Below, piece by piece: positions 55,711-64,000 of a DNA stretch of 64,000 nt (its first letter is position 1; each line of letters opens with the position of its first letter). The stretch comes from Eledone cirrhosa. Lineage: Eukaryota. The notes below the pieces were generated by a model that made no database searches, was not told the origin of the DNA, and saw only the letters and a program-made list of their open reading frames with translations. The stretch spans positions 319,362,001 through 319,426,000 of the forward strand of contig OZ024740.1 of NCBI GenBank assembly GCA_964016885.1. Reading direction: 5' to 3'. The position numbers and the translations under genes are program-made.

Positions 55711-55896
55711 TGTTTCTACTATTGGCACAAGGCCAGAAATTACCCAGTACATTACTGGTACTTTATTTTATCGACCCCGTAAGGATGAAAGGCAAAGTTA
55801 ACCTCGGCGGGATTTGAACTCAGAATAGCAAGGGCCGTAACTCTATGCATCAAAGCATGGCGTCCGACCCTCTACCGATACTGCCAATCCACCGCC
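55711..55896 (-). mobile_element. Full-length tRNA-derived SINE
   Basis: Reverse complement is GGCGGTGGATTGGCAGTATCGGTAGAGGG...GAGTTCAAATCCC...GGCCTTGTGCCAATAGTAGAAACA; ~93% identical to 45898-46083. Confidence 0.92.
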
Positions 55897-55901
55897 AAAA
55901 A
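55897..55901 (-). terminator. RNA polymerase III oligo-T terminator (T5) of the tRNA trailer
   Basis: AAAAA on the + strand, 30 nt downstream of the tRNA 3' end and directly abutting the SINE 5' end. Confidence 0.6.
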
Positions 55902-55930
55902 TTTTTTAAAGATTTGTGCCAACCTCCGGA

Positions 55931-56003
55931 TGCCGAAACCCGGGATTGAACCAGGGACCTTTAGATCTTCAGTCTAACGCTCTCCCAACTGAGCTATTTC
56001 GGC
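55931..56003 (-). tRNA. tRNA-Phe-GAA: tRNA-Phe (anticodon GAA), 73 nt, intact, no encoded CCA
   Basis: Reverse complement GCCGAAATAGCTCAGTTGGGAGAGCGTTAGACTGAAGATCTAAAGGTCCCTGGTTCAATCCCGGGTTTCGGCA is the canonical metazoan tRNA-Phe, with acceptor stem GCCGAAA/TTTCGGC and anticodon loop CTGAAGA. Confidence 0.97.
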
Positions 56004-56136
56004 TGGTGTTTGAAAGAGATAATGAGATATAGAGTGAAAGGGAGTGAGAGATGAAGTAATAGAGTGAGAGAGTGAGAGAGAGAGAGAAAGAGTGGGTGAG
56101 GGAGGGAGAGAGGGAGAGAGAGAGGGAGAGAGAGAG

Positions 56137-56197
<61 letters not shown>

Positions 56198-56318
56198 CAG
56201 GCTTAGAAATCAAAGAGCAGGTTACAAGAGCAATGACCTAAACAAGAAAATAACAAAATGAGGGAAAAACCTGTTAGTTAATTTAAAAAAAGAAGAAAAA
56301 AAAACAACGTTTGAAAAT

Positions 56319-57410
56319 AGCTCAGCACAAACGTAACATATTCCATCATAGGTTAACAAAGAGTAAACACAGCTCAGCACAAGCTTGACAGATTTCATCA
56401 TAGGTTAGGAAAGATAAACCAGGCTCACCACAAATGTAACAGATTTCATCATAGGTTAGGGAAGATAAACCAGGCTCACCACAAATGTAACAGGTTTCAT
56501 CATAGGTTAGGGACGATAAACCAGGTTCACCACAAATGTAACAGATTTCATCATAGGTTAGGGAAGATAAACCAGGCTCACCACAAATGTAACAGATTTC
56601 ATCATAGTTTAGGGAAGATAAACCAGGCTCACCACAAATGTAACAGATTTCATCATAGTTTAGGGAAGATAAACCAGGCTCACCGCAAATGTATCAGATT
56701 TCATCATAGGTTAGGAAAGATAAACCAGGCTAACCGCAAATGTAACAGATTTCATCATAGGTTAGGGACGATAAACCAGGCTCACCACAAATGTAACAGA
56801 TTTCATCATAGGTTAGGGAAGATAACCAGGATCACCACAAATGTAACAGATTTCATCATAGGTTAGGAAAGATAAACCAGGCTCACCACAAATGTAACAG
56901 ATTTCCTCATTGGTTAGGAAAGATAAACTATGCTCAGCTCAAATTTAACAGATTTAATCATAGGTTAGGAAAGAGTACACACAGCTCAGCTCAAATGTAA
57001 CATATTTCATCATAGGTTAGGAAAGAGTAAACACAGCTCAGCTCAAACGTAACATATTTCATCCTAAGTTAGGGAAGACTAAACACAGCTGAGCTCAAAT
57101 GTAACATATTTCATCATAGGTTAGGGAAGATAACCAGGCTCACCACAAATGCAACAGATTTCATCATAGGTTAACAAACAGTAAACGCAGCTCAGCACAA
57201 ACTTGACAGATTTCATCATAGGTTAGGGAGGATAAACCAGACTCACCACAAATGTAACAGATTTCATCATAGGTTAGGAAAGATAAACTATGCTCAGCTC
57301 AAATGCAACAGATTTAATCATAGGTTAGGAAAGAGTAAACACAACTCAGCACAAACATAACAGATTTCATCATAGGTTAAGAAAGAGTAAACACAGCTTA
57401 TCTCAAACGT
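56319..57410. repeat. Minisatellite, ~51-bp unit, ~21 copies
   Basis: Unit AAACCAGGCTCACCACAAATGTAACAGATTTCATCATAGGTTAGGGAAGAT, with a subtype GAGTAAACACAGCTCAGC(T/A)CAAA. The TCATCATAG-like core was counted 21 times. Confidence 0.95.
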
Positions 57411-57529
57411 ATGTAATTGAAGGAAATAAAAAAAAACATATGAAATAAAGGGTTAACGGCAACTAGCAATTTTGCAATTGAACTACCGGAATGCTGAAAA
57501 GATCGTGGCTTAAAGGTTTCGTGAAAGGG

Positions 57530-57672
57530 TAGAGTTGTTACCTTTGCAGGGGAGGTAGAACTGCTGTAATAAGTGTGTAAATCTGAGAGGGGAATATTTT
57601 GAATAAAATCATAATGAACTACCCCGCCTGTATTTTATTTTACCCAAAGCTAGGAACTTTTCAGCAACCCAG
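57530..57672 (+). mobile_element. Mariner transposase 3' end plus right TIR (relic)
   Basis: 57571-57606 translates KCVNLRGEYFE*, the typical mariner C-terminus (KC...G.Y.E*). It is followed by GGAACTTTTCAGCAACCCAG+TA, similar to the MITE right TIR. Confidence 0.7.
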
Positions 57673-59083
57673 TATATAAATATTGAAATAGTAGGCGAAC
57701 AAGAACTTACAACCTTGAAAGATTATATAGATAGTTACTGACTGGAAACTATTAAATTGTAAGGACTTACAAATAAACGAGATAGATTAATTAACAAATA
57801 ATAAAACAATATTAGAAACATAACAACCAAAGCTAGAAAAATAAAGAAAAAAATGTTTTTGTTTATCCAAACAGGAAGTGGTCTCTACTGTGAAATAAAT
57901 GATATCAAGTAGTTAAGTGGTTCAAGATCAAACATAGATAAGTTAGTAAATTCTAGGCTGACATATGGTGAATGAGACTGCATATAGACTTGCACCATTA
58001 CCATAAATGGATAGATTATTTGAAATGTTGAGAAAGAAAGCAAATATTAGAAGGAACATATTAGAGTAAATATTTCAAATAAATGCAAATGCAAATACTG
58101 GGCTACACCAGATGTAGTGTTCATATTTGCTGGAAACCAATAATTCATTGAATACAGGAGGAATATGTTCATAATTTGTATGCAGAGCCAAACTGGAAAG
58201 CAATGGATCACTAATCAACCTGAGTATCTATGTCAGGATTTTCATAGGAATGGTGGTTAGGCACATGGAATATCATGCCGAGCGGGGATGTGGTGGTATG
58301 AATCCTAATAGATACTTGATAATAGAGAACAATTATTAAAGATAAACACATCACTAGTGAAATCATAATTCACCATTGAAACCGACTGTAGCTTTCAATG
58401 ACTATTAGCAATCCTATGATTTGTATCACAACATGAGTTAATAAGGTTGCTGATGTTTGTATGATTTGAGAAGATAAATTATTGATAAATGGTGAACGGA
58501 ATTAGAAGAGTTTGTTGGTGATAAGCAGCAAGGAAGCTTTTAAATCATAATTTCATAAGGGATTCCGGTAGGAAATAATAATTTTCCAGTAAATTTTGAT
58601 TCATAGACGTCCAGATCTCTAAGCTATTGATACTAAAGGGACGAATGGTTTAGAAAGGATATTATGTTGCAAGAAGCGTTAACTGAAAAATAGCCATTGA
58701 TGATCTGAATACATGTATATGTAGATATATGTAGATAGCCAGTCAAAGATGGGAGAAACGCTGTTATACCGGAAACGATTATGATAAACGATAGCCGTAA
58801 AAGGAATTTTGACAATTCAAGAATGATTAATAGAAGGAAACGTAGTGTGGCATGAAACCAAATGAGCAAGTAGAATCATATTGAAGAATAAACATCAGTG
58901 TGAGAAACCAGAGCTATCAGGAGGTAAGATTTGATTTTAGAAAGTATTGTAAAAATAAAAAGAAGACTTAAATTATTGATATGACCTGACCGTAAGATAA
59001 AATCCATTCAAGAAATACAACATAGGAAACTGAGGAATATTAACAGTGAAATGATGAAATATACAGAAGGAAGAGAGAATATA

Positions 59084-59832
59084 CCATATATACTGAAATA
59101 TAAGCCGATCCATATATAAGCCAATTATCAAGGTTTGCTCCCTTCCGGACTTTCTTTGAGGTCTCACGATACGCAATCTTTGTGCGTCCACCACATTCTT
59201 CCAAGGACAGGTCGCAAGCCCATCGTCAGTTTCTATAACATGAAATGCAAACTGCAATAAATTTTTCGAACATGCCCCTCTACCTAAAGCCTGAACGCGT
59301 CCCTTGTTATGGTTCTTTTTTATTCCTTTCACCATATTGAAATTGCAGTTTCTTTGGTATTATTCGCACCACTCACCAATCTGGTACTTTATCAAACCCA
59401 CGAAGACTAGGCTTTTTTAGAGGCAGCCTTTATTCGCCTCGTCATAGCTACATCTCTGGGTTGTGAGAGTTTCTTGTGAGCTCCAGATGTAACCCATTGC
59501 TCCATCTTCCCTAGTAGTTTACCGCCGTTGGTCTGGAGTTGCTTATTCGTCCAGAAGTTGTCCTCTTATATCCCAATTAACCATCATATCTGATGACCGT
59601 ATCGCTACCCGTCACCTGCGACCCGTTCTCTAGCAGAACAGCTCTGCTTAGAACCGTATATAAGCCGACCCATTTCCATGCCTGAGAAATAGGCGAAAAT
59701 CCAAACTCCATTTATAAACCGAGGCAGCTAATCAACACATTGTTTAGATGGTATATATATATAAACCAACCTCCAATTTTACTATCGATATTTTGGTTAC
59801 ATATTCCTCAACTTATATTCGAGTATATACGG
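59084..59832. mobile_element. Non-autonomous Tc1/mariner-superfamily (Tc2/pogo-like) DNA transposon
   Basis: TA|CCATATATACTGAAATATAAGCCGA at the left end versus the right-end reverse complement TA|CCGTATATACTCGAATATAAGTTGA. Internal repeats of TATAA(G/A)CC(G/A)A at ~59099, 59115, 59659, 59713 and 59760. Confidence 0.75.
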
Positions 59833-60426
59833 TAATTTTCTACTCAAACAGTTGTAACACATTACCACCATTCCAACCCAACACACATTACTCTGGAATT
59901 TACTACTTGGCACATGTTTGCACAGAAAACTACCTTCCATACCTTGAGTCGAAATGGCAACTGCACGAAACGTATATAGCTATAACGTGTAACCCTCCTT
60001 CTCAAAGTTCGCCTCTATAGCTTATATTACAAAGTAGATGCTATGAAACCACCCAAGTGCATTTATGGCAACCATTTTAATGATTTAGGTAGATGATTGT
60101 GTACTAAATGACAAGAAAAAATTTACTTTGAAATGAAATTTAAGACTATACTTTGTTGATGATGTCTTATAAGAACGAAACCTGACCGTAGCCGTCACCT
60201 TGTCTACTATCAATGATCAGACCCCACCCCACCCACATCCCCACCCAGCAAGTATGAAGATTAAAATTTTCAGGAAAATTAAATCTTAAGTTCTTGGAAG
60301 AATTTTTGATACTCTTTGACAAGCATTAACAATTATCAATGGAATTGTTTTATTTCTGTCCACAACTAAGAGGCAAATTTCCCCCAGAATCCTTTTTTCG
60401 TACATCATTCAATACATCTTCATATG

Positions 60427-60624
60427 CAAGGGTCGGCTAAAAGATACATAAGCTGACCAAGATACTCTCATGGAATGACCAAAATGAGGTTTATTTTTCA
60501 ACATAGTCCCTGGAAAGAAACACTGCAGTTATTAATAAGAAGAGTTGAAATTAATGCATCCAAGATTTCACAGCTCTACCTTCACCCTTTCATAATTCGC
60601 CTATAAACTTTTTAGCCGACCCTC
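60427..60624. mobile_element. Mariner-type MITE (single-unit form of 46857-47153)
   Basis: 14-bp perfect inverted ends AGGGTCGGCTAAAA / TTTTAGCCGACCCT. The body CTCTCATGGAATGA..AATGAGGTTTATTTTTCAACATAGTCCCTGGAA..AATAAGAAGAGTTGAAATTAAT is shared with the other copy. Confidence 0.85.
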
Positions 60625-60756
60625 TAAGCTTGGGTATGTAAACAGAGACCGTCCCCTCTAATCACAAAACAACTTCCTGGTGCAGGCATAACGAAACAAT
60701 ATAAATCTTTATTCAAATTCAATGTTATAAACCAGCCTGGCGTTTCCTCTTTATTT

Positions 60757-60836
<80 letters not shown>

Positions 60837-60870
60837 ATCTATAAATATGTATATATATATGTATATATAT

Positions 60871-61057
60871 ATATTTATTAAAATAACAGATTAAAGTTTA
60901 AGCAAAGTATCGTCTTCCTGTCTTCCTCCGGTTGCAACGTTTTTTGAAATATCCAGTTCTGCGTTTACAGATTGACTTTGGTAGTTTCAGAAGATCCCGT
61001 TAAGGGTGAAAGCAGCGATTCTTTGCTTAAACTTTAATCTGTTATTTTAATAAATAT
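60871..61057. repeat. 42-bp inverted repeat (1 mismatch) around a 103-bp spacer; possibly a Penelope-like element end
   Basis: 60871-60912 ATATTTATTAAAATAACAGATTAAAGTTTAAGCAAAGTATCG versus the reverse complement of 61016-61057 (...GCAAAGAATCG). Confidence 0.9.
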
Positions 61058-61172
61058 TTGCTCTACGGTTCTTATATATTTGATATATATTTATCCTTAT
61101 CGAGCCCTCTTTGGATTTTAGTCTTCAAATTTATTATTATTACTATATGTATATATATATAGGTATACATAT

Positions 61173-61232
<60 letters not shown>

Positions 61233-61311
61233 GGGCCGAAACATTTGCTTCAGGTGGGTTTCTTCTCAAAAGACCTCCTATTGTCCAGCTCTCCTAAGAG
61301 TGTATTACCAC

Positions 61312-61345
<34 letters not shown>

Positions 61346-61364
61346 ATAAGTATATATATATGTC

Positions 61365-61450
<86 letters not shown>

Positions 61451-61809
61451 CATTGCTATATATATATATATATATATATATGCATATAATTTTTTCAAAA
61501 TTGTATAGATTGTAAAGTATTTTAATTTCAACAGTATAAATGTGGTGTAACGGTTAAAATCTAAACTACCGACTACGTTTCAGTCACGAACGGGGCGTTA
61601 GTACATTGTATTAGGTTTCCATATATCCGGCATATTTCCAAGGCCAACAATAGGCTGTGACAATTTGAAACATATGATTGTTCTTATTTTCTCTTTCCTC
61701 TATTTCTTTATATAATTATTACTTATATACGTACATATGTACTTAGGTACAGACACATCAGCACACCTACATAGACAAATATACATACATACATATATAT
61801 ATATAAGTG

Positions 61810-61869
<60 letters not shown>

Positions 61870-61887
61870 AATATATATATATATACA

Positions 61888-61987
<100 letters not shown>

Positions 61988-62071
61988 TATATATAAATAT
62001 ATTTATACATATACATATTTATATATATATATATATATTATTATTATGTAATAAACAACATAAGGCAATTA

Positions 62072-62131
62072 TTCCATTTACCAGTGGTTTCTTAAAAGCA
62101 AAAGGTTTTGCTTTCAATCCTCAGAATGAAA
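62072..62131 (-). ncRNA. Minimal type-I hammerhead ribozyme motif (Penelope-like/retrozyme type)
   Basis: Minus strand reads UUUCAUU-CUGAGGA-UUGAAAGCAAAA-CC-UUUUGCUUUUAA-GAA-ACCACUGGU-A-AAUGGAA. Stem I is 7 bp, the core is CUGANGA/GAAA, stem II is 11-12 bp, stem III is short and near-palindromic, and the cleavage triplet is GUA. Confidence 0.75.
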
Positions 62132-62354
62132 AATCCTGGTTTGTTTATTGAATATGGATTCTAAAAACAAAAATGCAATCTATATGAAAGTGAGGCTGGA
62201 AAAGGGAGAAGGAAAGGAAAAATAAAATAAAATAAAACTACACATGCAAACACACACAAAAAAAACATAAAAGCATACTTACACGCACACACATATATAC
62301 ACATATAATTTGCACGCACACATATATACACATACACACACATACATATATATG

Positions 62355-62388
<34 letters not shown>

Positions 62389-62464
62389 TATATATATATA
62401 AAAAGAGCGTACACCTACACACACATACACATATATACACACATATACACATACATATATTCAT

Positions 62465-62515
<51 letters not shown>

Positions 62516-62549
62516 CATATATATACACATGTACATATCCATACATATA

Positions 62550-62583
<34 letters not shown>

Positions 62584-63042
62584 CATACATATACACATAT
62601 ACAGACATATACATACACACACACACACACACACGCACACATGTGTGTGTACAAGCCTACACATACACACACACATATATATACACACACATATACATAC
62701 ATTCACACAAACATACAACGTACATACATACACATACATGAATGCACTCCACTACATATTAACACACGCAAATAAATATAAGAAAAAAATATATATAAAT
62801 AATATTAACAAATATTTGACAGCGATACATGCCCCAGCTAACAGGACAGACACGCGTGGTAAGTAATACACACATAAGCACATATACATACGTTCGAAAT
62901 AGTAAACACATACACACACTCTCACACATAAATATACATATACAAATACATAAACACGTACATACACATACATACGCAAACACGTACACGTATACAATAT
63001 AAACACACACATGTATATGTAATTATATACACACACACACAC

Positions 63043-63083
<41 letters not shown>

Positions 63084-63338
63084 CAAAAATATAAAAATAT
63101 AAACGCAAACACACATATACATACATAGCTAAACAATTATACACATGCAAATACGTATATATCAAAAGAACGCACAACCAAATACAAACACACACACATA
63201 TATATACACACACACACACCCCCACACACAAACCCACACATACATAAAAATAAATAAAAACACACGCAACATATACATACATACACATACATATACATAT
63301 ATACATACATACATATACATATACACATATACACACAC

Positions 63339-63384
<46 letters not shown>

Positions 63385-63526
63385 ACTTACACATACACAC
63401 ATGCATACACATACACACACACATATACATGTGTGTATGTGTAAAGCTCAGTATTAGATAAGACAAATGAACCTTACATAAACGTATATATAGTAGTAAA
63501 GTAATAAAGCCATACAAGGCAATTAA

Positions 63527-63583
63527 TCCATTCACCAGAGGTTTCTTAAAAGCAAAAAAAGTTTCCTTCAATCTTCAGAATGA
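63527..63583 (-). ncRNA. Second, degenerate hammerhead copy
   Basis: Minus strand reads CAUU-CUGAAGA-UUGAAGG...CUUUUAA-GAA-ACCUCUGGU-G-AAUG. The core is intact but the cleavage triplet is GUG. It lies in a ~100-bp repeat of 62048-62141. Confidence 0.55.
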
Positions 63584-63671
63584 AAAAAAGCCCTGGTTTA
63601 TCCACATATACATACATATACACACACAAATATACAAATATATACACACATACAGACACGCACACACACAT

Positions 63672-63744
<73 letters not shown>

Positions 63745-64000
63745 CATATATACATACACATATATACACATACATACATACATATGCATACATACATACA
63801 CATATATATACATACACAAACATATACGTACACATATACATATATACACACACAAATACATACACATACACATAGGTATGTGAAGGGCAAAACAAAAAGA
63901 ATATATGGGGGAGGGCTAAGAGGAGGTAAAAATATAAGGGGAGGTAGGGGGAGAAAAATTATTTTTAAAAATACAAGAGTACAGAAGGTAGAAGCAGCAA

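Larger units (their letters stand above)
55693..56023 (-). mobile_element. Chimeric retro-insertion (pre-tRNA-Phe + SINE, 55711-56005) flanked by an 18-bp target-site duplication
   Basis: GTGTTTGAAAGAGATAAT occurs at both 55693-55710 and 56006-56023. The insert on the minus strand is CA + tRNA-Phe + 34-nt trailer ending TTTTT + full SINE. Confidence 0.88.
55417..56194. repeat. Purine-rich (GA/GAGAGGGT) low-complexity tract interrupted by the tRNA-SINE insertion
   Basis: GA-rich sequence at 55417-55692 resumes at 56024-56194 and ends in pure (GA)n. Confidence 0.85.

Noticed and set aside
55373-56213. LS-rich ORFs on the minus strand
   Set aside because: These are translations of GA-rich low-complexity tracts; one simply runs into the tRNA.
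56319-57410. CRISPR array or true telomeric array
   Set aside because: Units repeat in full without unique spacers, and TTAGGG occurs once per unit rather than in tandem.
61230-61600. Further hammerhead-like GAAAC motifs (~61238, ~61575)
   Set aside because: No intact CUGANGA with paired stems could be built.

Overview
Eukaryotic, repeat-dominated genomic DNA with no host protein-coding gene. The SINE families and (TA/CA)n fields suggest a cephalopod (Octopus-like) genome; this is inference. Positions 1-44634 are one uninterrupted tandem satellite with a 101-bp monomer (~440 copies). It has nested higher-order duplications and becomes more divergent at its right edge. About a third of the monomer resembles the 5' head of the tRNA-derived SINE found next to the array. 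The remaining ~19 kb is a transposon-rich flank. It holds tRNA-derived SINEs, three RTE-clade 3' ends with (GAA)n tails, two mariner-type MITEs and a mariner transposase 3' end. It also holds a full-length but disabled Tx1/L1-clade LINE on the minus strand between (GAA)28 and (AAT)14, a probable CRE/RLE LINE fragment, a Tc2/pogo-type element, a 51-bp minisatellite and long dinucleotide microsatellites. Three observations stand out. (1) An intact tRNA-Phe(GAA) with its unprocessed 3' trailer is fused to a full SINE, and the whole unit sits between a perfect 18-bp target-site duplication. (2) A minimal type-I hammerhead ribozyme motif occurs twice within the microsatellite field. (3) The giant satellite appears to derive from a SINE head. 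All alignments and counts were done by eye.
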